Notes under the pieces: model-generated | Database searches by the model: none | What the model was told of the DNA's origin: nothing | Seen by the model: the letters and a program-made list of their open reading frames with translations, nothing else | Shown here: positions 25,701-36,800 of the stretch, piece by piece | Layout of the letters: the number at the start of each line of letters is the position of its first letter | How positions within the stretch are numbered: position 1 is the first letter of the stretch | Source of the DNA: Antedon mediterranea | Taxonomy: Eukaryota > Animalia > Echinodermata | DNA: 64,000 bases | Assembly: GCF_964355755.1 (NCBI RefSeq) | Contig: NC_092671.1 | Location: 11,098,001-11,162,000 of the forward strand | Reading direction: 5' to 3' | Translations under genes and position numbers: made by a program

Positions 25701-28700
25701 GTAGAAGACTGCTACATAAATTCCGCACAACTATAAATCTACCGAGATTTCTAATATCCCTGAAAGAAAATATTTCCCACTAGAACCAACATTTGCATTC
25801 AAGTTTAATTAATTTAATTTATTACATGATAATATGCATAGGTCACTAGATATCATAAAATGAGTGCGGATTAAGCTACCATATTAACATAATACCTACT
25901 TTAAATACACAGTAATGAATAATGCATAAGATAGGTATATTATGGATATAATGACACCAACGTGAGATGCAATAGTCAGGCCTGAGCTGTTTATACCCGA
26001 TAACTATCAAGATATAATAAATATGTTAATATTAGTTCATATTTTGGTTGTTTTAGAAATGTTATCCGACATCTTAAAATGGTTAGCATTTAATATTTAT
26101 TATTTTTTTTCTTCAAAACAATTTTTTCTTACATGACATTCTTTTATCTGCATAAGTACTGCAAAGTTTGTGGTATGGTTACAATAACAAAGGGTACCTG
26201 CGAGCAGTGCTGGTTGTATGGTACAGCCATGTTGTGACCACAACCTGTTGGTATAGTTTTAATTGTGACATTAATGAATTACTATTAATTTTTAAAGAAA
26301 TGCGTTGATCCAAAATTTAAACAAATATTCAGAGTTTATTACAGTATATACAAACCTGGTGATTGGATCAATGAATGCACATATTAGTTCTGTTTCATGG
26401 TCTACATTTCCCTTGTTCACCTGAATTAACAAAAAAAGAATAAAGTTAAATTTTCCCCTTAATAGGGGTGTCCTAAAACTGTATAATAGTTTTAACTGTC
26501 ATTTGTAATTTATGATGCTTTTGTTAATACACTTTTAGCAAACTGCTAATACTATAACCTCTAAAGCGTGGTTGCCACTAGCGACGCAACACAAGGATGT
26601 AACGCAACGCAAGTGAATTGACCAATCACAAGCGATGGCTTATTCGCTTGTGATTGCTAACTGTCTATAACTTCGCTTGTCATTGGTTAAAACGCTTGCG
26701 GTGCGTTCTAGTGGAAACCAAGCTTAATGTTATGCTCAGGACATGATGTTGAGAATTTCATATTTTATTTTTAAAAACTTACAGGCTCAGAGGGAAATGA
26801 TAACTCAACTTTGACATCATTGATGTTGTTTGCTTCATTTTCTAATATTTCAAATACCGTACAGGAAACTATACTGGTGTTCCTTAAAAAATGAAATTTA
26901 ACTGATTTATCCGTGTTTGATACATTTGTACTGCTTGCAATTAAAGGGAAAATGGATGCATAGAATGTACTCTAGCCTAGCCTAGAAAACATCCACACGT
27001 GTTAAAGGTAAAAAGGGGTTAGGAAAAAGATCATCAAATGATATCTACAGTAGGTACCCTTATAAGGGACACATTCAGAATCCCTTAATAGGTGTGTATT
27101 GATATATATTGTAAATGATCGTTTAAATCTTACTGTATTATACCATCTATCTCAACAATTAAGTCTTCATTTGAAAGGATGACCGCCAATTGTCCTGTTA
27201 AAATACTAATAGTGTTAAAACCAAGCATATCAAAAACATCAATTTTTTGGCATTGAGAAATGTATACAAAAGTAATTCAACTCTGGAATAAACATTATTG
27301 GTAAAGGAAGTGTGTACTGGTCCCACAATGTATTCAACTGTTTTCAGTTTATATGGATACATACCTGTTTCGTTGTGCCAAGTTTTTAGAATTTCCAATG
27401 AAATTGATGGGGAATGTTGGGTATTTCCAATCAATGTGTTGGAAATACTGAAATTATCCCTTTCTAGCAGATTGATGACAACATCTAGTAAAAAGATATG
27501 TAGAAAGATATTGCAAAAGAAATTTAATATAAAATTAAAATATAAACATTATATAGAAGAAGTTCAACATGTTATATACTAACTTTCTTAGTAGTACAGT
27601 AGTTTCAAATAAAAGGGATATGGACTATGACTTATTTATGAATTACAAGAATTATGCCTTGGCCTACCATGGCCATCTGAGAGTTCAGCTGTCTCGTATC
27701 CAATAATTTATAACCGCATGATCATGTATGCATGGAAAAAGGTGCTTTCTATTTTATCCTATTTTGTATTGCATGGTTGAATATAGTAAATTTTATATTT
27801 AGTTGTGACAGTTACCTCTGTTTCTGTCTGATAAACGAATCTCTGGAGACATCTGAGCTGTATCTTGGATAGATCTAATATAATTTATATACTTTAATTC
27901 TAAAACTTTGCTGGTGTCTATAATAAATAAAAGCAAACAATTGAAAATGTTATTTCGACTCCAAGTATGCACAATTTCTGAATCCACCACTGAACAGTAA
28001 GTTTAGCAGGTTTTGTTTAATAAGTTGTACTACACAATATATCCTTACCCAGAATGCTTGATAGCCTTTTAGCAGATGATCTTTCCTCATGTGTTGTCTG
28101 CTTGGTTCTTAATTGATTGGTTGTCGCTTGCTCACTAATTGGCTGCATATCTATTTCAAGCTTGGTTGTTTGCTCAGTAATTGTAAGTTGCTCAGTTCTT
28201 AGCTTGGGCTGTGTTGTCTCCTCAGCAATTAACTTATTGGTTGTTACCTCCTCAGGTGTCATCTGCACAGTGATGATCTGTTTGGTTGTTGCCTTATAAC
28301 TGGATGTCTGCTCAGGTGTTGTCTGCATTGTGGTCATCTGTTTGGTTGTTGTCTGATTGATTGTTACCTCCTCAGGTGTCATCTGCACAGTGATGATCTC
28401 TTTGGTTGTTGCCTTGTAACTGGATGTCTGTTCAGGTGTCGTCTGCATTGTAGTCATCTGTTTGGTTGTTGTCTGATTGGTTGTTACCTCATCAGGTGTC
28501 GTCTGCACAGTGATCTGTTTTGTTCTTGCATTATAACTGGATGTCTGCTCAAGTGTCGGCTGCATTGTAGTCATCTGTTTGGTTGTTGTCCGATTGGTTG
28601 TTACCTCATCAGGTGTAGTCTGCACAGTGATCTGTTTTGTTTTTGCATTATGATTGGATGTCTGCTCAGGTGTCGTCTGTTTGGTTGTTGCCTGCTCATT

Positions 28701-31700
28701 TGTCTTCAACTTTGTAGTCATCTCCTCAGCAGTTTCCTTCTTGTTTGTCTGTTCAGCCATTATAAAAATTGTAGTCATTTGTTCAGTTATCATCTTGGAT
28801 ATAGTCTTATGCTTAGTTGTTGTCTGCTCAGCTGTTCTATGTTCTGTTGTTATCTGATCTGCAGTCATCTTAAAAGTGTTTTTCTGATTGGTTGTTGTCT
28901 GAACTGTACTTTTAGTAGCAGATCCAAGCTCTGCATGTTGGTCAGTGTTTGGATTACTGTGATCTTCATAATGGGGATGTTGGGCACTTCCTTCAGTACT
29001 TCTATATCCATTACCAGCTGTTATCTGATTGGTTGTCAGCTCAGTTGTCATGATCTCTCTCTGCTTAGGAAAGTTAAGATTTGCAGTCTTTTGTCCATTT
29101 AATATCTGATTGATCACTGTGTGTTCGGTTGCCTGTTTTGCAGTATTCTGCACAGTTGGGTACTGATCAGTTGTGTGAACTGTATTTCCAATGTCATAGT
29201 CCGCCGCCTTATCCGGGCCAAAATTTGGAGTAATGCTGTGATCTGCATATTGAAAATATAGGATATCCTCTTGTAATATTTCATGATAAAAAACATCTCT
29301 GTTAACGTTTGGTGAATTGTTAGTGGTATTGATATCTCCTTCATTCTTTATATTTCCCGTTTTGATACGCGTGATTCCCGTAACATTCCCATCAACACCT
29401 TCATACACACTTGTCGTATTACTGCCAAGTTGGTTTGTAAATTTATTTGTTTGGCTCGTTTGACTAGTAATGGTTTCATTGTTCACATTAGCCTCCTGGA
29501 TTGTTGTGGTGTCTTCTCCGTTATCTTCACTATTGCTTACTTGTGTTTGCCGATCAAATGTTGCTGTGGTTTGGCCATGTGTCGTGTGTTTCGTCAGAAT
29601 ATTATCTAAAACAATACAAATATAGCTAATACTAATAGTTATAAATATATTGTACAGTTTTCATTAGCATGTTTTGATGAAAATTTGTAGTAGGAAAGTC
29701 TTTGTATAGTATTTTGTTTATTTGACTACACAGTGGCGTAACAGCTATGAGTGCTTACTGGCTAAACCCAAGGGCCTCAGGCCTCTGCGTTACGCCACTG
29801 TGGCTATATACCATTTGATAAATATGAAGCAATAATGTGGCATATCTTTTGTAGTAGTATGTTACTATGCTATACTGGCCAAATTATTGCCTGCTATAAT
29901 CTCTGTTTTGTTTCTCATTTTTTCATATATTCTATAAATCGTAATTTGTATTCTTCCATCCTCAGTATTCTCAAAAATTGAAAGAAAAAAAGTGAAGCTT
30001 ATAGTACTGTTTCATATTTTTAGGTACAATTTTACTTACCTGCAATTGTTACAGCTACTTGGCCTGCTTCTTCTAACTGAACTAAAAGAACAATTTTAAT
30101 AAAATATTAATAACAAACTGATTACTGATAAATTATATTTTATATTTATTATACTTATAAAAACAAAACTTTATTAAAAATTAAATGATATATTCATTTG
30201 GATTTTTTTAAATTTTTTCTGCGTTTCACCAAAACACTAATAATCAATATTTGATATATATTATATATATCATATTAATGATACTGATTTTTTTTCCTGA
30301 TTTTTACCAAAACATTAATAGTCAATATTTGATATATATTATATATATTATATTAATTATACTGATAATATTGACCAAGGAAACAACAATATTAGTTAAA
30401 TTCTAAAGTAGACAGTAGAAATAAATGTACAAAATGATTACCTCCAAAAGAACCTTGATTGCCTAAATAAATAAAAATTAAAAAACATGAGAGGCTAGAA
30501 TTTATACAACATTGAAATATTTTCCGAGGTCAGACAAGAAAATATTGTAAAATATGTTAATATTGTTATAAAAAAAATTTTGGATATTGATAAAGGTGTA
30601 TCTCAAATATCTGGAATAAGAATTTGCAAATAAATATGTAACTGGGCCCATACAGTACCATGGCATACAATTCATAAAGTAGTTCTAATAGTTTACATTA
30701 AAATTATTCACCTGTCCTTGATTGTGTAAAATATAGGTGAAATAAAACATAAATACAAAATTAAAATGTTTATCTAGGTCATAAAAAATGTAGGAAAATG
30801 TTTTAATAAAGGTGAAACCCAAAAGATTATCTACTGTATATCTAGAATAAAATCAATAAATAAATTGATAATAATGGCTCTTTGTATAATATAAAGACTA
30901 TACAAGTTTTAAGCGTAGTACTTAAAACGTAAATATGATAGCATTTAATTAAATTCAAGTTACTTACTTCCACTTCCACCATTACCAATTCCAAAATTAC
31001 CACCTTAATAAAATGAAACTTATTTTTAATACATGAGAGACATGAGAGATAAATATCTATAATATGATTATTAATGTAATACATACAAGAGAAGAGAACA
31101 TGTTGATATAAATGAATCAGGAAACCATTAAATATACTTTTAAATTTGTTTTTACCTTTATGTGACAAAATTTTTTGATGTGCCCATATGTTGAAATATC
31201 AATGAACAAGAAAATGGGAACATTTTTTGTTGTTCAATTTTGTCATTTGGGATCATCATGATTACAATTTTCATTTCACTAAGTCAAGTTATACAACTAA
31301 GGTGTTATGGGGGTTACAGATCATATTGTATTCAATATGTACTGTTCTCCTTTATGGTCAAATTATTTTTTTTTTAAATCGACTAAAAGTATGTTATAAC
31401 GATTGTTAGGTTAACACGATACATCAGTGGCCGAAAACAATATTTCATCCAATGAATTTTTTAGGCTGTAAATGTACAGTTTTCGTGCCAGAATAATGAA
31501 AAGCAAAAACAAAATTGTATATATGAATATATATTGTTTGATTCCAGAATGTATTTTAAATTGAGAGATATCAACAGATTGAAAACAGATCAAAAGTATT
31601 GGCACTCTCTCCATTTGTTGATGACATAATGCCTTTTAATTCTTTTCTCTCTTTGTATGCATATGTATCATATGGACAGTTTGTCTGGAAATGAATTTTA

Positions 31701-31813
31701 AATAAATAATATAATGTTGAATAATTATTATTCTTACCGGATTTAGGTTTTCCAACTACTATTTGAAGTTGTACTGATAATGCTATGCAAAAAGCAAGCT
31801 GCATCTTTCTCAT
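22762..31813 (-). CDS. Adhesion GPCR: signal peptide, Gly-rich microexons, Thr-rich mucin stalk (exon 29605-28049), GAIN/GPS and 7TM
   Basis: Signal peptide MRKMQLAFCIALSVQLQIVVG, GPS exon (~26133-26244) LWSQHGC…CYCNHTTNFAVLMQI, TM3-TM4 GILHYSLMSSLCWML…YYRVIGWSFPAIFIG, ECL2 CWI and TM6-TM7 PLVGATW…ILNSSLG. The stop is TAA at 22762-22764. Some small stalk exons are uncertain. Confidence 0.88.
23371..23544. mobile_element. Tc1/mariner-type MITE
   Basis: TIR CAGTCAACTCTCCCAATAC with TA on both sides. Confidence 0.85.
24801..25632 (+). repeat. 59-bp intronic minisatellite, ~11 copies, interrupted once
   Basis: Unit AGTTTGGCTTAGATGGCCCTCAACAGACCCAGAGCAGCCACAGTACAGCACCCTAGTCTAT. Confidence 0.97.
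25238..25407 (+). mobile_element. Probable 5'-truncated retroposon 3' end inserted in the minisatellite
   Basis: Unrelated 170 bp ending in (TAAA)n splits one monomer between AGTTTGGC and TAGATGGC. Confidence 0.65.
26565..26724. mobile_element. PIF/Harbinger-type MITE, family A
   Basis: TIR AGC(G/T)TGGTT(C/G)CCACTAG with TAA on both sides. Confidence 0.85.
28230..28690 (-). repeat. Coding tandem repeat (~117-120 bp, 39-40 aa) in the mucin stalk
   Basis: A TTPEQTSSYKATTKQIITVQMTPEEVTTNQTTTKQMTTMQ-like unit occurs ~3.5 times. Confidence 0.9.
29731..29800. mobile_element. 70-bp hAT-type mini element
   Basis: TIR CAGTGGCGTAAC, with 8-bp flanks TGACTACA and TGGCTATA (6/8 identical). Confidence 0.7.
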
Positions 31814-31834
31814 TTTGTCAGAGACTGGTAATTA

Positions 31835-32095
31835 CCAAACAATCCTGTCTGAAATCAGCCTAATCCTGTCTGAAATCAACCCAATTCTGTATGAAATCAA
31901 CCCAATTCTGTCTGAAATCAACCCAATTCTGTCCAAAATCAACCCAATTCTGTCCAAAATCAACCCAATTCTGTCCAAAACCAGCCCAATTCTGTCCGAA
32001 ATCAGCCCAATACTTTCTGAAATCAGTCTGATTCTGTCCGAAATCACCCCAATAATTTCTGAAATCAGTCTGATTCTGTCCGAAATCAGTTCAAT
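31835..32095. repeat. 21-bp minisatellite (~12 copies) just 5' of the aGPCR ATG
   Basis: Unit like CCAATTCTGTCTGAAATCAAC. Confidence 0.95.
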
Positions 32096-33836
32096 AATCT
32101 TTTAGCAACTTGGTTTCACTGTTTGTAGCACCTGTAAATTTTATTTTTGCTGAATCTGCAAACCCTTCCTTATTCCAAAACTGCTTTGATCACTCACAGT
32201 TTTAGTATTATTTGTCAATGCAAGAATCAGAATATTTAAAAGACTTTGATTTTGTAAATTATTGAATTACTATAAACAATTTAGTTAATTGTCATGGAAA
32301 TGATGGAAATTATTAAAATGATTGTCCAAACTATATGCAATTAATTGATAATTTGTAATTGATAAATTTAAATTAAATGTCATTGTGCAATTTTTGAGCA
32401 ATCTTCCATCCTTACTTACTATCAATTGAATTAGGTATATGTATTGTATGCTTCATTTAAAATGTTTGTATATAATTAGTAATTGTGAATTAACTATTTA
32501 ATTTAATTATCTTTCTATCTTTCTATTTTCGTTTATTTGTTATAATTGATCAATCAAATTATTTTTTTTTTATTGCCATATTTTGTTTTGATGGGTTTTA
32601 TTGCATAGGATACACTGTCTATATTATCAGGTACGACGCTGGGCCATTTGGCTAATGATAGTCTGGGCTCCAGACGGAGTTTTGTCTTAATATTTTGCAC
32701 ATCTGGCGTTTCATACGTATATTACTTGAGTTTTTGTATTTTCAGACAAAAATCGCGATCGAAAAAACAAATAAATAAAAAAAAAGACAATAAATACAGA
32801 CTTTAGGCAAGTCTAGGCTAATGAAGAGTGTCAATATTTTACCATTATTTGATGATAATATAACACCAACACCTTAATATTATATATAAAAAAAACAATA
32901 CACCGTATCGTGTAAAAGTTTTTATTGCATAACAAAACAATACACAAAAATAGCCTTTATAGTACAATTAGAAACAATTAATTTGAATAACATATTCCTT
33001 ATTTTACCTATTACATTGCTTTACTCAAAATAATTTTGAGCATTAGCCTTGAAAGAGAGTGTATTATTTAAATTGTCACTAAAAATTCCAGTAAAAATGA
33101 AATAAAAAGCTTGATTTTTTTGTATTTACATTTTTAAAATAAATTACAGTATTAAAAATAAATATAATTGCACAATCATGTATTGCTTACTTAAATAATT
33201 CATAAAATAATCATTTATTACTCCAAAAATGTGCTACTTTTTATTATTATGTTTATTAATAATATTTAATAATAATAAATAATAATAATAAATGTCAGTT
33301 ATAGTGTAAATACAAGCTTAATATAAGGCATCCCATATGAATGCAGAGAATAGTGAACCCTGGTAACACAAAGGCGTATGTGCAGCCCAAGTGAGTTGAC
33401 TAATCATGTCCGCAGTACGGATGATATATCGTGTTGTACACCCAAAGCCCTTAGTATCACACTTGAATCCCCTTTATCCTCTACTAACAATCAATCAATT
33501 GAACATTAGTGAATTATATTTGAAATATATAGTATTTGCATTTGATAGAAGAAAGAGAAAGGAAAAATGGGAAATCTTATATACATATATACTATACTTT
33601 GTACATTCTTTTATTGTAAATATTTGTTACATTTTTACTTTTATCTTAATTACTCAAGAAGTGATCCTTACGAACCATCTTTTTCTTGAAATGCCTTTTT
33701 ATACTAGATACCAATGGCAAAAGTGATGATAAATATGCTTAAATAAATAGGCTTTTGACATTTTTTTGCCCAAAAATCCTGGCTACAGACTTGACTGTTT
33801 CAAAGTGTAGCTTCCAAATAAATGATTACGGTACAC

Positions 33837-36800
33837 CTACAAAATTGTACACACAGTTGACTTGGCATTACTACTCGCCTTTGCCGCAATATTTTTCTTT
33901 TTATTAAGTGTAGGTTTCCAGTTTTCGTCAGCATATTTCTTTGGTTTGAAGGGCGCTGTTTGATGAGGTCCCGACGGTCTTTTCTCACCAGCAGTCAGCA
34001 ATGTTTGTGCTTCGTGTGGCTGCATGAACCACACCAAGTTGCTATCTACTCCCCTTGATTCCATCGTAAGAGCGTCACGTTTTGAATTTTCCTTAAAATA
34101 AAAAATAGATTAATGATTAAATGATAAGAATCCTTTATAATATTGTTATAATATAATTTGTATTAATCCGAAATGTGTTTATTTATGTGCATACATCTGT
34201 CGTGAGTACCAACATATAAAATATTTTTGATTGAAAGAGTTAAGGCAATATGACAGCCTACCTGTGCCTGTGTAGCAGCTCTGTGGTACAGTTTTCTTGC
34301 ATCTGATAGGTATTTCTGGAACTATATATTATACAAAATTGAAAATGTAATCATTGTTTTAGAGTGAAGAAATTTCAAATGAGAACAAATCATATAGGCA
34401 TAAACTTTTATCTACACTATCAAACTAGTTTGACAAAAAAGTGTGATGTGCCCAAATATGGTAATGAATCTATGCTTAAATATGCTAGTGATATGACATC
34501 ATTCATGTATGGTCACATCACATAAAGTTTGATAGTGTAGACAGAGCGTAACCGTGATTTATTAGCAAAGAATTAGTGAATTTAAATTAGGACAACTTAT
34601 AAAAGGGACACCATAACATAGTATCGAAAGTGTCCTCTTAATATAATAGGTGTCCCAAAGAAGTGGTTCTTTTGTATCTCTTATAAATAACTTTGAAAGT
34701 GACTTACTGTTTGGGAACGTACTTTGCCATACTCGTGTTTGATCGTATATGGACATTTCTGATGCTGAAGTTTACCATTGTGATAATTCACATTGTGCAA
34801 ACTATCAAGCACAACATCATGGGTTTTCGTTGTTTCACCTTGCAGACGATGAACCCAGGAACCGGATTTTACGTCATAAATATACTGTGAATAAATAAAA
34901 GGATTTATTCCTTTATTGTAATGGTCACGGTATCAGATTTTGTGTTTTTATATCCGTCTTTGAGTGGGTCTCTTTCAAAATTACGTCTTAAAACGACAGA
35001 AGGGAAGCTCTGTACCAGTAATAATACAGTATGCGATTCTTATTAATATTCGTAAAACAGAAACACATTTTGGCGCCTATGGCGTGTCATATCAATAGTA
35101 TAATGGATTATGGAATGAATAATGTATATTATTTACTTGAGGTAATAGTTTCCATCCGTTTTTAGCTACGTCTTCTATAGCATTAAGTATGTAATCCACC
35201 ACTTCATACGATGCAAAATATGGCAAGTTAAATCGGGTAAATCCGGGTCTGTTTAGACAAAACACAGCATGAGAAACACATTTCTAACATAGAATTTCAG
35301 TTAAAGCAATAGTATGAAAAAACTCCAGTTATGACGAACATTGATAAAAATATCTTTATGTTTTTGGATTTCAAACCAATACTGCACAGTGTGTATGACC
35401 TGAGTGGGCATTATAAAAATATTTGTATTTATTAGTATATAGTGTAATGTAGATGTTGTTGACTCACTTCATAATCTCCATCACCTCTCTTTTATGTCCA
35501 CTTTTTCCATGAACTTCTTGACGGCTTCTGAAAGTATAGTATGTAGTATATACACATTTATATTTTGTTGCATTCGTCATTAAGGCTACACACTTTATCT
35601 TGTTTAAATCATTTATCATTATTTATATTATAAAATATACTCACTTGTTATCTAGTAAAAAATATGTATATTTCTTTGCGAGGTCTTCGTCCATTCCAAG
35701 AAGATCCTAAAAAAAATAAAATTGTTTAAAATCTAGTGATAAAACATCACTTTTGTAAACTCTAGGCTACTACTGATCGTGCGGATATGAAATATATCGT
35801 CGTACGATTATGGCGGAATGGGAGATGGAAGGTATACGAATTAAATCAAAATCGGATTTAGAAGATACAAGAAACTTTATTTGTCTTCGTAGGAAACAAA
35901 GTAATGTTGGTTGTCAGTAAATCCGATTAAGAAATACATATGGACTAAAAAATAACAAAGAGTGTAAAAGTATAAAACTAAATTAAAAAGGAGATAGACA
36001 AACAAAAGAAAACCACCAGCATTCCACGTGCGGAAATGTCATTTCAAAAATCGCGCCTTTTTCATGATTCCGGTGCACAAATGCTTATACCGTCATACCG
36101 TATATGATGATATAAAGGGGTATTTCTTTAGCAACAGAAGCCTTTTAAGTTGTATAATACATTTACCTGTGCATATGGCCCTGCGCATGCACAGCCACTC
36201 CTGACCTGCACTCCATAGAGGTCATTCAATAAAACCGCTGCGTAGTTATGGTGAAGTAGTTTGTTGGTTTCTGGATGGCGGATCAAAAATGAAAATATTG
36301 GCAGACGATCAGCAGTTGTGCTTCCTAGTATCTCAATCTCTTTTGTGTTCTTGAATTTGTCAAATACAATTCTGAAGGAACATAAAATCCAATTACCAAT
36401 AACACTTTTCAAAACAGTGCGTCATTAAAAATATTTCATTCAAAAACAAGTAAAAATAAATGTGAAACTTACTCTGTAAATTCTTTCTCTCGTCTTTCTA
36501 TGACGTCCGTTCCAATTTTCTAGAAATAAACAAAGACATTTTTTAAAAGTTATAAATAAATATTGAGCTTAACAAAAGAAAATAGGTGGAAAAACGATCC
36601 GGGTGGCAAAATGTAGGCCTACAGGCAATGGAAAAAAGCCTTGTTATAATTATATTATATTATAGATAGTAAAATGAATATTGTATTAAAAAATATATGT
36701 TGCTTTTAATAGACGAGTCGAGGAGGAGGTGGACAATTGAGTGTTTACGTCAATGGTGACGATTATCTTAAACAACAACAAAAACTTACGTCTTTCAGCT

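Noticed and set aside
28117-29102. Hydrophobic or Cys-rich plus-strand ORFs
   Set aside because: They are antisense shadows of the Thr-rich mucin exon.
31785-32105. Heptad-repeat ORF (ILSEINP)n
   Set aside because: It comes from the 21-bp minisatellite and is antisense to the aGPCR start.
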